DNA of 62,401 nucleotides from Bacilli bacterium (GCA_035367155.1 DAOSJI010000004.1:1-62401); one strand, 5' to 3'; shown: positions 12,318-22,756, numbered from the stretch's first letter. Notes: generated by a model from the letters alone, not told the origin. Made by a program: numbers and translations.

Positions 12318-13667
12318 ATGGCATTTGAAACACTATCTGAACGATTTTCTGGGATATTAAAAAAGTTACGAGGGCAATCTCGTTTAACTGAAAAAAACAT
12401 GGAAGAAATGCTACAAGAAATTCGTGTAGCACTTTTTGAAGCTGATGTTAATTTCAAAGTTGTTAAAACCTTTGTTGATAATATAAAAGAAAAGGCACTC
12501 GGTGCAAAAGTTTTTGATGAACTTAATCCATCACAAATGGTTGTTAAAATTGTTCGTGATGAAATTGTTGAATTACTAGGAAGTGATCAAAGTGAACTTC
12601 AATATCAAAAGAGTCGACCTACTGTTATTATGCTCGTCGGTCTTCAAGGGACTGGTAAAACAACAACAGCAGGTAAACTTGCTTATTTAATGAAAAATAA
12701 ATTAAATAAAAAAGTTCTTTTAGCTGCTGCAGATATATATAGACCCGCTGCTATTGATCAACTTGTAACTCTAGCAAAAACAGTGGGTGTTGATATCGTA
12801 AACATGGGAGATAAAGTTAATCCAGTTGAAATAGCAAAAGCAGCAAAGAAAAAAGCATTTGACGATAGATATGATGTACTAATTATTGATACTGCTGGAC
12901 GTTTGACAATTGATGATGAATTAATGAATGAACTTGCAAATATTAAAAAAGATGTAATACCAGATGAAATTTTGCTTCTTGTTGATGCGATGAGTGGACA
13001 AGATGCTGTTAATACTGCGTTAGGGTTTGATAAGAAGCTAGGCTTAACTGGTGTTATTATGTCTAAGTTAGATAGTGATACCCGTGGCGGCGCAGCTTTA
13101 TCGATTCGTCACTTAACAGGCGTTCCTATTAAATTTACAGGTGTTGGTGAAAAAATAGAAGACTTAGATATTTTCTACCCCGACAGAATGGCCGAACGAA
13201 TACTTGGCATGGGTGATATTTTAACATTAGTAGAAAAAGCTCAAGAGAAGATTGATGAAAAAGAAATGCGCAAATCCGCTGCTAAAATGATGGAAGGCTC
13301 CTTTACTCTTAATGATATGCTTGAGCAAATGAAACAGATTAGAAAATTAGGCTCACTTGGTGGAATCTTAAAATTAATACCAGGCATGCCGAAAATTACA
13401 CCAGAACAACAACAAAAAGCAGAAAAAGAACTTAAAGACTTTGAAACAATTATTAATTCAATGACTCTAGAAGAGAGAAATAACCCAGCTATTCTCAAAA
13501 ATTCTCGCAAACAAAGAATTGCTCGGGGTAGTGGAAAAACAAATGCAGATATAAATAAGGTTTTAAAGAAATATGATTCAATGAAGCAAATGATGAAGCA
13601 GATGCAACAGTATAAAAAAAGCGGTAAGTTACCGCCTGGAATGCCACCTGGTGGAATGCCGTTTTAA
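12318..13667 (+). CDS. ffh: signal recognition particle protein Ffh
   Basis: GLQGTGKTTT, DTAGR and SKLDSD motifs, plus a Met-rich M domain. Confidence 0.95.
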   Translation: MAFETLSERFSGILKKLRGQSRLTEKNMEEMLQEIRVALFEADVNFKVVKTFVDNIKEKALGAKVFDELNPSQMVVKIVRDEIVELLGSDQSELQYQKSRPTVIMLVGLQGTGKTTTAGKLAYLMKNKLNKKVLLAAADIYRPAAIDQLVTLAKTVGVDIVNMGDKVNPVEIAKAAKKKAFDDRYDVLIIDTAGRLTIDDELMNELANIKKDVIPDEILLLVDAMSGQDAVNTALGFDKKLGLTGVIMSKLDSDTRGGAALSIRHLTGVPIKFTGVGEKIEDLDIFYPDRMAERILGMGDILTLVEKAQEKIDEKEMRKSAAKMMEGSFTLNDMLEQMKQIRKLGSLGGILKLIPGMPKITPEQQQKAEKELKDFETIINSMTLEERNNPAILKNSRKQRIARGSGKTNADINKVLKKYDSMKQMMKQMQQYKKSGKLPPGMPPGGMPF

Positions 13668-14425
13668 TCTTTATCGGTAAACTTATTACCTTTTTTAATT
13701 GCATCCTCTTCCCATTTAGGGTTATCGCCTTCTTCAAGAAGGCTTTTTTCTTTCTTAGTTAAATGATGTTTATTAAATAAGTCAGGTCTATGATTTTGAG
13801 TTATTTTTAAAGATTGTTTTAATCTCCATTTCTTTATCGCTTCATGATTGCCAGAATACAATATTAGGGGTACCTTTTTATTTTCAAAGACAAAAGGCTC
13901 AGTATATTGCGGATATTCCAATAAGCCACTAGTAAATGATTCTTCTAAAAGAGAATCACTAGCAATTACATCAGGCAGAAGTCTGATTATAGCGTCTGTA
14001 ATTGCCATCGCGCCAATTTCTCCACCTGTTAAAATGTAGTCACCAATTGAAACAAGTTCATCAACATATTCATTCACTCTCTCGTCAACGCCTTCATAAT
14101 GGCCACATATTAAAATAATATGGTCTTTTTGTGAAAAAGAGTGCGCTTTTGCTTGATTAAATTTCTCTCCTCGCGGTGAAAGTAGTACTTTATAGCCTCC
14201 CTCAATTGATCTTAGAGCATCAACGATTGGTTGAACTTGCATAACTAGTCCAGCACCTCCACCAATAGGAGGAGTATCGACACGACCATATTTATTTTTA
14301 GTAAAATCGCGAATATTTACTAATTCAACTTTAGCACTTCCTTTTGCGATAGCTCTTTTAATAATAGAGTTATCAAGAATACCAAGAAACATTTCTGGAA
14401 ATAGAGTTAAAATTGTTATTTTCAT
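13664..14425 (-). CDS. trmD: tRNA (guanine37-N1)-methyltransferase TrmD
   Basis: ITILTLFPEMF, ICGHYEGVDERV and SIGDYILTGGE motifs. Its stop codon overlaps the ffh stop codon on the opposite strand. Confidence 0.9.
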   Translation of the reverse strand: MKITILTLFPEMFLGILDNSIIKRAIAKGSAKVELVNIRDFTKNKYGRVDTPPIGGGAGLVMQVQPIVDALRSIEGGYKVLLSPRGEKFNQAKAHSFSQKDHIILICGHYEGVDERVNEYVDELVSIGDYILTGGEIGAMAITDAIIRLLPDVIASDSLLEESFTSGLLEYPQYTEPFVFENKKVPLILYSGNHEAIKKWRLKQSLKITQNHRPDLFNKHHLTKKEKSLLEEGDNPKWEEDAIKKGNKFTDKD

Positions 14426-14946
14426 AATAACCCCTCAATTGGATTAATAATTATCCGTTTGTTTTCTAAATCGGTTTTTATTACAAATGTGTCAATGTAA
14501 GGTATAAGAACATCTTTCTTATTTTCGCGTTTTACACGAAATGTTTTATATGGTGCATATTCTAATATTTCAGTGATAATCCCTACAAAATGGCCTTCAT
14601 TTGTAAAAACTTCCAAATCTATCAGGTCGTGTTCATAATAAAAACCTTCAGGAAGTTTGTTCTCGTCTTTGTTTATTAAAACATCGTAACGTATAAAAGT
14701 TTCTGCTTCTTCAATAGTATTAATTTCTTTAAATGTTACCAATAATGTTTTCATCTGATTAACTGAAGAGATTGTAACTTTTTTTAAATAATTAATAGTT
14801 TCATTATAGAGAAAAACTTTCGCTCCAATATAAAAGCGATCTTCCAAAAAATCAGTTGTAGGATAAACTTTAAATTCACCCTTCAAACCCCTTGTTCCAA
14901 TTAAAGATCCAATTTTAATGTATTCGTTTTTTATGTTGTTTTTCAT
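14422..14946 (-). CDS. rimM: 16S rRNA processing protein RimM
   Basis: GTRGLKGEFKV motif with a PRC-barrel C-terminus. Shows a 4-nt overlap with trmD. Confidence 0.85.
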   Translation of the reverse strand: MKNNIKNEYIKIGSLIGTRGLKGEFKVYPTTDFLEDRFYIGAKVFLYNETINYLKKVTISSVNQMKTLLVTFKEINTIEEAETFIRYDVLINKDENKLPEGFYYEHDLIDLEVFTNEGHFVGIITEILEYAPYKTFRVKRENKKDVLIPYIDTFVIKTDLENKRIIINPIEGLL

Positions 14947-15004
14947 ATTTTAATTATAACAAAATGAACATAACAGAATAAAAAAAGCTGCAAAGCAGCC
15001 CTAT

Positions 15005-15274
15005 TTATTCTTCTTTTTTACTATCGTCAAAACTTTCTAATTTTAAATAGACTCGTCTATTATCAAGTTTACCAGCGATTGAAAGAACTTCTCTTAAAGC
15101 TGTAGCAACAGAACCTTTTCTGCCTATTAAAACAGCAATATCATTTGGTTCGCCATAAACTAATACAGTTGTCGTATTTTCTTCTGGACGATCGATTTCA
15201 TTAATTAATAATGCTTTTTTGTTCTCTACGAGTGGTTCGATTAACTCGCGAACAATATTTTCATATCTACCCAT
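15005..15274 (-). CDS. KH-domain RNA-binding protein (YlqC-type)
   Basis: GRKGSVATALREV carries the KH GxxG loop. Conserved position between rpsP and rimM. Confidence 0.8.
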   Translation of the reverse strand: MGRYENIVRELIEPLVENKKALLINEIDRPEENTTTVLVYGEPNDIAVLIGRKGSVATALREVLSIAGKLDNRRVYLKLESFDDSKKEE

Positions 15275-15283
15275 ATTAATTAC

Positions 15284-15556
15284 CTACTTTTTTAATTTGC
15301 TATTGTGAAATTCTTCCATAATACCGTGAGCACGGAAAATAGCACGAACTGTATCACTTGGTTGTGCACCCTTACTTAACCAATTAAGAGCGGCTTCTCG
15401 ATTAATTGTTGCTTCTTTAAGGTCTTGTCTAGGATTGCAAGCACCGATTTGTTCAATAAAACGACCATCACGGCTGTAGCGACTATCTGCTGCAACAATG
15501 CGGTAGTAAGGTTCATGTGTACGTCCGATTCGGGTTAAACGTAATTTGACTGCCAT
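15284..15556 (-). CDS. rpsP: 30S ribosomal protein S16
   Basis: N-terminus MAVKLRLTRIGRTHEPYYRIVAADSR. Promoter on the minus strand: TTGACA, 17 nt spacer, TATTAT. Confidence 0.95.
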   Translation of the reverse strand: MAVKLRLTRIGRTHEPYYRIVAADSRYSRDGRFIEQIGACNPRQDLKEATINREAALNWLSKGAQPSDTVRAIFRAHGIMEEFHNSKLKK

Positions 15557-15699
15557 AATTGCCTCCTTTTTGTCGTTATCATAATACTCGTTTTAAAATA
15601 TGGTGTCAAGTAATTTTACTTAACCCCATAAAATAATTTCTTATATAAATTAATAAAAGGGTATAATGAAAACAATAAATATGTAATGGAGGATAATTT

Positions 15700-17070
15700 A
15701 TGAAAGTATTAAACAAGTTATTCAAGTTTAGAGAACGAGGAAGTAAATTAACAACTGAATTACTTGGCGGGTTAATCACTTTTATTGCGATGATTTATAT
15801 TTTGCCTCTTAATGCTTCTATTCTTTCTGATATGGGAATGAATAGAGATGGTGTTTTTGTTGCTACTGCAATCGTAAGTGGAGTTATTTCCATTTTCATG
15901 GGTCTTTATGGTAATTTTCCGATTGTTTTAAGTGCTGGCATGGGTGTAAATGCATATTTAGCTTATGTTATTTATACTGCATTAGGATCTTGGCAGGCTG
16001 CCCTAATTGTTATGTTTTTAGCAGGTGTTATTTTCTTATTATTAACACTCACTCCGATTAGAGTAAAAATCATTAATGCAATTCCAAACGATATAAAATT
16101 AATTATTGGTGCTGGATTAGGCGCTTTTATTGCTTTTGTTGGACTTAAAAATAGTGGTGTCATTGCCATGGATACAGCTACCCTTGTCACATTAGGAGAT
16201 CTTTCTAAACCAGAAGTAATTCTTAGTGTTGTTGCAATTTTAGTTGTTATGTGTTTAATGTTTGTTCCAAATAAAAATATACAACGCTTAGCAATACCAA
16301 TTGGCTTAGTAGCTACCGTTGTAATAGGAATAATTCTTCATTATGCAATTTTCCCCGAGAATTTTTTACTTCCACATTATGATACAGCAGCTAAATGGGG
16401 TGGACGTGGTATAGAAGAAGTTGCTTTTGGTATTTTTAAAGATGGTGAATTTTGGATTACTGCATTAAAAAATCCATCAACATACGCATTTATTTTCTCT
16501 CTAATTTTTGTAAACCTCACTGATACAACTGCTACTTTATTAGCAGTAGGAAGAGGTGCAGGAATTGTTGATGAAAAAGGAAATTTAATCGGTGGAAAGA
16601 AAGTAGTTTTAGCTGATGCGGTTGGTGCTGCTGTATGTGCCCCAATTGGAACCTCGACTGTAACATCATTTGCTGAAAGTACCGTTGCTGTGGAACTAGG
16701 TGCTAAAACTGGTTTAGTTGCAGTTACTGCAGGGTTACTCTTTTTATTAAGTGCATTTATTTATCCTTTGTTTAGTATTTTTAATTCTCCTGCAGTTTTA
16801 TCTGCAGCCCTTGTATGTGTAGGAGCATCAATGTTTGTAGGTAATTTAAAAGATATTAATTGGAATGATCGTATTGTAGGATTCACTGCATTTCTTACGG
16901 TTGTATTAGTGCTATTAACATATTCAATTAGCGATGGATTAGGATTTGGTTTAATTTTCTATTGCTTAGCAATGTTAGTTAGTAAAAGAGGCAAAGAAAT
17001 AAGCCCCATGCTTTACGGACTAGCAGGTTTATATATTGTTTATTTTGTAATAAAAACAATCGTCGGATAA
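15700..17070 (+). CDS. NCS2/AzgA-family purine (adenine/guanine/hypoxanthine) permease
   Basis: The N-terminus FKFRERGSKLTTELLGGLITFIAMIYIL and about 13 TM helices are typical of PbuG/PbuO-like permeases. Confidence 0.75.
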   Translation: MKVLNKLFKFRERGSKLTTELLGGLITFIAMIYILPLNASILSDMGMNRDGVFVATAIVSGVISIFMGLYGNFPIVLSAGMGVNAYLAYVIYTALGSWQAALIVMFLAGVIFLLLTLTPIRVKIINAIPNDIKLIIGAGLGAFIAFVGLKNSGVIAMDTATLVTLGDLSKPEVILSVVAILVVMCLMFVPNKNIQRLAIPIGLVATVVIGIILHYAIFPENFLLPHYDTAAKWGGRGIEEVAFGIFKDGEFWITALKNPSTYAFIFSLIFVNLTDTTATLLAVGRGAGIVDEKGNLIGGKKVVLADAVGAAVCAPIGTSTVTSFAESTVAVELGAKTGLVAVTAGLLFLLSAFIYPLFSIFNSPAVLSAALVCVGASMFVGNLKDINWNDRIVGFTAFLTVVLVLLTYSISDGLGFGLIFYCLAMLVSKRGKEISPMLYGLAGLYIVYFVIKTIVG

Positions 17071-17207
17071 GTAAAGAAAAAGTCAATATTTTCTCTTTAC
17101 AAAGGTTCTTATCTTTGATAAGATAACAAAGCGTCTAAATAGCGCAGTAATGATCCTCTGCTAAAAGCATGAACATCTAACTAAAATTCAGTAAAGGAGA
17201 GCGTCTA

Positions 17208-17555
17208 ATGAACAAAAACTTAGTTAACGAAATTAACGCTTCCCAACTTCGTACTGATTTACCAGCATTTACGACTGGTGACACTGTCCGTGTTAACGTT
17301 CGTATTATTGAAGGTAATAAACAACGTATCCAAGCATTTGAAGGTGTTGTTATTGCAGTCCGTGGCGGTGGAGTTTCTAAAACATTCACCGTTCGTAAAA
17401 GGTCAGGCCAAGTTGGAGTTGAAAGGATTTTCCCTTATCATTCCCCTAATATTGATTCAATTGAAGTCTTGAAAATCGGGAAAGTACGACGTAAGAAAAT
17501 CTACTACATTCGTAAGCGTTCAGGTCGAAGAGCCCGAATTAAAGAAAAACTTTAA
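17208..17555 (+). CDS. rplS: 50S ribosomal protein L19
   Basis: [30 protein letters not shown]. Confidence 0.95.
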   Translation: MNKNLVNEINASQLRTDLPAFTTGDTVRVNVRIIEGNKQRIQAFEGVVIAVRGGGVSKTFTVRKRSGQVGVERIFPYHSPNIDSIEVLKIGKVRRKKIYYIRKRSGRRARIKEKL

Positions 17556-17655
17556 TCTTAAAAGGCTTAATGAGCCCCTTCAAGTGAAGGGGCTTTTTCT
17601 GTCCTTTATTGAATATATATGCGAATAAGTTATAATTAGATAGACAGGTTTTATT

Positions 17656-18381
17656 ATGGAAACAGCTTTAGAAAAAGTCGAAAGACCAGATGTAGTAGAT
17701 CCAAAAGAAGAGAAAAAACAAAAATGGGAAAAAATTCTTTCACCCATTTTAACATCACTAACAATTCTTTTTATTATCATTGGTGCTCTTTTTGTTTTTG
17801 TTGATAGTTACTATATGACAATTTATGTTGATGGATCCTCAATGTCTCCAACTTTACAAAACAAAGAATTTGGTTTGGTTAACCCTAACAAAAGAGCCCT
17901 AGAAAATATAAAACGCGGGGATATTATTGTTTTCAAACAATACAGCGGAGGTAGTGACGAAAGCTTTTCCTACTATATAAAAAGAATTATTGCTCTTCCT
18001 AATGAGAGCATTTATTTTACGGAAGGTTTTCAAGAATTTGACAAAGTAATGATTAAAGAAGTTGGAGCAGAAGATTATGTTTTACTTGATGAACCATATT
18101 TAACTGATGCTGCAAAACTTAGAACTGCTCCTGCTAATATGGAAAAATTCCCCCTAACTTTAGAAGAAAATAACTTTTTTGTAATGGGTGATAATAGAGC
18201 AAACTCTGAAGACTCAAGAAGAAACATCGTTGGTACTGTAACAAAAGATCGTATCGTAGGAGTATTATGTTTGATTCAAGGATATGTTGATGAAATTAAT
18301 ACTACAGTTGTTGATGGTGAATTAAAAACAACCTATAAAGGTAAACATTTCTATCTTTTATGGAAAATGCGGAGATATTAA
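17656..18381 (+). CDS. lepB: signal peptidase I
   Basis: N-terminal TM. Catalytic Ser box GSSMSPTL. Also GDNRANSEDSR. Confidence 0.9.
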   Translation: METALEKVERPDVVDPKEEKKQKWEKILSPILTSLTILFIIIGALFVFVDSYYMTIYVDGSSMSPTLQNKEFGLVNPNKRALENIKRGDIIVFKQYSGGSDESFSYYIKRIIALPNESIYFTEGFQEFDKVMIKEVGAEDYVLLDEPYLTDAAKLRTAPANMEKFPLTLEENNFFVMGDNRANSEDSRRNIVGTVTKDRIVGVLCLIQGYVDEINTTVVDGELKTTYKGKHFYLLWKMRRY

Positions 18382-18383
18382 CT

Positions 18384-19241
18384 ATGTCTCAAAAAAACAT
18401 CCATTGGTTTCCAGGTCACATGCAAAAGGCAATACGCCTTATTAAAGAACGATTAAAACTCGTTGATATCGTTCTTGAGCTTTGTGATGCTCGCGCACCA
18501 AGAAGTTCGTTAAATGAAGTGCTACGTGACATCACAAAGCATAAAAAAAGAATCATTATTCTTACTAAAAACGATTTAGCAGATCAAGATATAACTAACA
18601 AGTGGGTCAAATATTTATCAACTAAAGATGTGTCAACATTATTTGGTAATTTAAATGATAATCGCTTTATTAATCAAATTAAGTCCGAAATTGCTAAGGT
18701 TTGGTCGCAAAACAAGGCTAAAACACTACCTGAAGGTCATAAAATATTGCCACCTAATGTTTTAGTTATCGGGATTCCTAATGTTGGTAAATCGACATTA
18801 ATTAATAAATTAAGTGGAAGAAAAGCAGCAAGTGTTGCTAATCGTCCTGGCCATACGAAAAATCAACAATACATAAATGTTGATGGAGCATTTATTCTTA
18901 TTGATACTCCAGGCATTTTGCCGCCTAATTATGAAAATAAAACTTATATTCATAATCTTGCTCTTCTAGGTACAATTAGAGAAGAAATATTACCGATAGA
19001 AACACTAAGTATAGATTTAGCCACCTTTTTATTAGATAAATATTACCATCTTCTTAAATCTCGCTTTGATATAAAAGAAAAGATTAATTATCCACACGAA
19101 TTATTTAAAGCGATTGCCAATAGACGAGGTATTCTAGGTGATGAACTTGATGTTATTAACCGAACTCAAAGTTTATTATTAACTGAATTTAGAAATGGTC
19201 TAATAGGACCAATTAGTTTAGAAACGCCAAATGAAGAATAA
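18384..19241 (+). CDS. rbgA: ribosome biogenesis GTPase A (YlqF/RbgA)
   Basis: The start is moved to ATG 18384 (GGAG upstream). The track start at 18360 lies inside lepB. Motifs WFPGHM, TKNDL and GIPNVGKST show the circularly permuted GTPase order. Confidence 0.85.
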   Translation: MSQKNIHWFPGHMQKAIRLIKERLKLVDIVLELCDARAPRSSLNEVLRDITKHKKRIIILTKNDLADQDITNKWVKYLSTKDVSTLFGNLNDNRFINQIKSEIAKVWSQNKAKTLPEGHKILPPNVLVIGIPNVGKSTLINKLSGRKAASVANRPGHTKNQQYINVDGAFILIDTPGILPPNYENKTYIHNLALLGTIREEILPIETLSIDLATFLLDKYYHLLKSRFDIKEKINYPHELFKAIANRRGILGDELDVINRTQSLLLTEFRNGLIGPISLETPNEE

Positions 19242-19851
19242 TATTGATCAAGAATATCGTAGCAAAGGCTATCTTTATATCGTAGGTATTGATGAAGCAG
19301 GACGAGGACCACTTGCAGGTCCAGTTGTTGCCTCTGCTGTCTTATTACCACCTAAATATGAAAACCCTTTAATTGATGATTCAAAGAAAATAACAACTAA
19401 ACAAAGAGAACAACTTGCTAGAGAAATAAAAAAACATGCCCTTTCTTATAAGATTGTTGTAATTGAACCAAAAGTAATTGACGAGCTTAATATTTATCAA
19501 GCAACAAAAAAAGCTTTTGAAGATGCGTTAAATGGTATTGATGTTCCTTTTGATATGGTATTAACTGATGCAATGAAAATTAATACAATTCATCCCTATG
19601 ATCCTCTTATTAAGGGTGATGCTCGTTCGTTATCTATTGCCGCTGCATCTATCCTTGCAAAGGTAACGCGAGATGAAATAATGCTCGAACTAGATAAAAA
19701 ATATCCGCATTATGGTTTTAAAGATAATAAAGGTTATCCAACTAAAAAACACCTTAAAGCACTAGAAATTTATGGTCCAATTAAAGATGTTCACCGTTTT
19801 TCTTATAAACCAGTAGCTAAGACACAATACCAACAATTAAAACTTTTTTAG
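19231..19851 (+). CDS. rnhB: ribonuclease HII
   Basis: GIDEAGRGPLAGPVV motif. Confidence 0.9.
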   Translation: MKNNIDQEYRSKGYLYIVGIDEAGRGPLAGPVVASAVLLPPKYENPLIDDSKKITTKQREQLAREIKKHALSYKIVVIEPKVIDELNIYQATKKAFEDALNGIDVPFDMVLTDAMKINTIHPYDPLIKGDARSLSIAAASILAKVTRDEIMLELDKKYPHYGFKDNKGYPTKKHLKALEIYGPIKDVHRFSYKPVAKTQYQQLKLF

Positions 19852-19898
19852 CATATAAAGCTAGATGATCTCCAATTTATGTTTAGGAGGTCTTTTTT

Positions 19899-20690
19899 AT
19901 GAAAGCAAATGATGTGCTTTTTTTCTTTTCTCAAAAGTATCAAGGTAACTATGACAAAATCTATCAAGCTATTAAAGATAAAGAACCAATAAAACATGAT
20001 GAATTAGAAAAATCAAAACGTAACTTTACTGGTCAATTTATTACAATTTTAGATGATAATTATCCTGAAGGTTTTAAGTATATGTATCGCCCTCCGCTAG
20101 TTTTATATTATTTAGGTGATATTACATTACTTAATAATCTAGATAAAGCAATCGCAGTAATTGGTTCCCGCGAGGCAACTAAATATGGTTTAACTATGAC
20201 AGAAGAAATCGTCACTGACCTTGTAAAAGAGGATTATGTTATTGTAAGTGGAATGGCTCGCGGGATTGATGCTAAAGCTCATGAAGTCGCTTTAGCATCA
20301 AAAGGAAAAACTATTGCAGTATTAGGAAGCGGGATTAACTATCCTTATCCAAAAACTAATACTCCTCTATATTATAAAATAGTAGAACATGGTTTAGTTT
20401 TAAGTGAATATCCTGGAAACTTAGCTCCTAGTAAAGATTATTTTCCAGAACGAAATAGAATAGTAGCTGCTCTAACAAACGGCGTTCTAGTTGTAGAATC
20501 GAAAATTCGTTCAGGAACTTTTATTACTATTAATTATGCTCTTTCGCGAGGAAGTGATATTTACTGCGTTCCAACTAAGGCCAATGAAAATAGTGGTTGT
20601 AATAGATTAATTAAAGATGGAGCCTATTTAGTTGAGAGTGCTAAAGACATAATTGACGTTTGGAAAAAGGTGTCTTACAAAGAAAAATAA
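19899..20690 (+). CDS. dprA: DNA processing protein DprA (Smf)
   Basis: Rossmann-like core GMARGIDAKAHEVAL...RNRIVAAL. Conserved position upstream of topA. Confidence 0.85.
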   Translation: MKANDVLFFFSQKYQGNYDKIYQAIKDKEPIKHDELEKSKRNFTGQFITILDDNYPEGFKYMYRPPLVLYYLGDITLLNNLDKAIAVIGSREATKYGLTMTEEIVTDLVKEDYVIVSGMARGIDAKAHEVALASKGKTIAVLGSGINYPYPKTNTPLYYKIVEHGLVLSEYPGNLAPSKDYFPERNRIVAALTNGVLVVESKIRSGTFITINYALSRGSDIYCVPTKANENSGCNRLIKDGAYLVESAKDIIDVWKKVSYKEK

Positions 20691-20788
20691 AAAAACTTTT
20701 ATTTATATAAATAAACCTTTATCTTGCAAGTTTGATTAGTTGACAATGTTATTTTTTATCTTTATATTTGGTATGCAAAAGGAGCGAT

Positions 20789-22756
20789 ATGAAACTATTA
20801 ATTGTCGAATCACCAACCAAAACAAAAACGATTGCTACTTATCTAGGTAAAGACTATACCATTGCTGCAAGTAAAGGAAATATCCGCGATCTATCTACTT
20901 CTGGTAAGGGTGGTTTTGGTATTGATATTGAAAATGATTTCACAGGTCGCTATATTATCGATAAAAATAAAAAGAAAACTGTCGATGAGTTAAAAAAACT
21001 AAGTAAAAAGGCTAATTGTGTTTTAATTGCAACTGACCCTGACCGAGAAGGAGAAGCGATTGCCTGGCATCTAGCAACTGTTTTAGATTTAGATGTAGAT
21101 AATGTTAAACGTCTTAGATTTCATGAAATTACTAAGGATGCTATCCTAGAAGCAATAGAAAATCCAGATACGATTAATATGGATTTAGTTGCTAGTCAAG
21201 AAGCCCGAAGAATGCTTGATCGAATTATGGGCTTCGGTCTTTCAAATTTCTTACAAAAGAAAGCTGCTCTTAAATCAGCAGGACGAGTTCAATCAGCCGT
21301 TTTAAAAATAATCGTTGATAAAGAAAAAGAAATTGAAGCATTCATTCCTGAAGAATATTGGGTACTTTCACTAGATATAAAAAGAGAAAACGAAACGCTT
21401 AATCTTAGATTTGTAAAAGACTCATCTGGTAAAGCTAAAATTGAAAATAAGGCCGAAATTGATAAAATAACTGCGCAAATCCCAACTAAAATTGAAGTTA
21501 GTGATGTAAAAAAACGTACAAGAAAGATTGAACCAAACCTTCCTTTTACAACTTCATCACTTCAACAAGAAGCTTCATATAAATTTGGTTATACATCTAG
21601 AAGAACAATGATGATAGCCCAACAACTTTATGAAGGTGTGACAATTAACGGAGAGCAAACAGGCTTAATCACATATATGCGTACAGATGCGACAAATATG
21701 AGTTCATCGTTTATTGGAAGAGCATCTAATTATATTATCGATCAATTTGGCGATAATTATTTGCGTACGACACAACTTAAAAGAACACTTAAAGCAAATC
21801 AAATTGTTCAAGGCGCACATGAAGCAATTAGACCAACAAACATACAACGTACACCTGATAGTATTAAAAATGCCTTAACTGAAGAACAGTTTAAAATTTA
21901 TCAACTAATCTATTCTAGAGCATTGGCTAGTTTAATGACTGCTGCTAAAGAAGAAGTTACTACTGTCACCTTTAATGGCGGGGGAAATGAATTCTCCCTT
22001 GAAGGTGTTAAAACGGTCTTTGAAGGTTACCGAAAGATTTATGGTCTTTTTGAGTCACGAAAAGATAAAGAGATACCAAAATTCCATATTGGCGAATTCA
22101 TTGATGTTATAAGTGTAAATCCTGAACAAAAATTTACTGAACCACCCAGACGCTACAGCGAAGGTGGCATTGTTAAGATAATGGAAGAAAAAGGTATTGG
22201 TCGACCTTCGACATATGCAACAACAATTGATACTTTAGTAAATCGTAATTACATCACAAGAAGGCCTTCAATTAAACCAACCTTAAGAGGGAAAACAGCC
22301 GTTGAAATTTTAGAAAATTCATTTCCTTTATTAATTCAAGAAGAATATACAGCTAATCTTGAATTAAAACTAGATGACATTAGTCAAGGTAATTTAACAA
22401 AAGTAACATTTTTAACATCATTTTATGAACCATTTATGGGGAAGTTAGATAATTTAGTTAAATCACTTAGACCTGAGAAAATTGATGAGCCATGCCCTAA
22501 ATGTGGTAATAAGACACTTGTCCGTAAATATGGTCGCTATGGGCCATACATTGTTTGTGAAACAAAAGGTTGCGACTATAAACGGTCAGATGCAATTATT
22601 TATGATCAAACAGGTGAAACCTGTCCTGAATGTGGAAGTCCTCTCGTTGAAAGAAAATCCAAACACGGAAAGTTCATTAGTTGTAGCGATTATAAAAACT
22701 GCGATTATAAAAAAACAATTGAAACAAAAACACGCAAGAAAAAGAAAGCCACATAA
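20789..22756 (+). CDS. topA: DNA topoisomerase I
   Basis: ATG 20789 follows AAGGAG (the track start at 20768 is TTG). Toprim MKLLIVESPTK...DPDREGE, active-site region, and two C-terminal Cys4 zinc ribbons. Confidence 0.95.
   Translation: MKLLIVESPTKTKTIATYLGKDYTIAASKGNIRDLSTSGKGGFGIDIENDFTGRYIIDKNKKKTVDELKKLSKKANCVLIATDPDREGEAIAWHLATVLDLDVDNVKRLRFHEITKDAILEAIENPDTINMDLVASQEARRMLDRIMGFGLSNFLQKKAALKSAGRVQSAVLKIIVDKEKEIEAFIPEEYWVLSLDIKRENETLNLRFVKDSSGKAKIENKAEIDKITAQIPTKIEVSDVKKRTRKIEPNLPFTTSSLQQEASYKFGYTSRRTMMIAQQLYEGVTINGEQTGLITYMRTDATNMSSSFIGRASNYIIDQFGDNYLRTTQLKRTLKANQIVQGAHEAIRPTNIQRTPDSIKNALTEEQFKIYQLIYSRALASLMTAAKEEVTTVTFNGGGNEFSLEGVKTVFEGYRKIYGLFESRKDKEIPKFHIGEFIDVISVNPEQKFTEPPRRYSEGGIVKIMEEKGIGRPSTYATTIDTLVNRNYITRRPSIKPTLRGKTAVEILENSFPLLIQEEYTANLELKLDDISQGNLTKVTFLTSFYEPFMGKLDNLVKSLRPEKIDEPCPKCGNKTLVRKYGRYGPYIVCETKGCDYKRSDAIIYDQTGETCPECGSPLVERKSKHGKFISCSDYKNCDYKKTIETKTRKKKKAT

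Noticed and set aside
12091-13737. Antisense and alternative-frame ORFs overlapping ylxM and ffh (12091-12432, 13241-13510, 13495-13737). The same applies to similar overlapping ORFs elsewhere, for example 22482-22781, 25941-26249 and 34581-34853.
   Set aside because: They are fully embedded in strongly supported conserved genes, lack RBSs, and have low-complexity or atypical composition.
15557-15699. A possible purine riboswitch upstream of the AzgA-type permease.
   Set aside because: The short divergent intergenic region shows only promoters and an RBS. None of the conserved purine-aptamer core (for example the U-rich junction and the paired loops) could be found.
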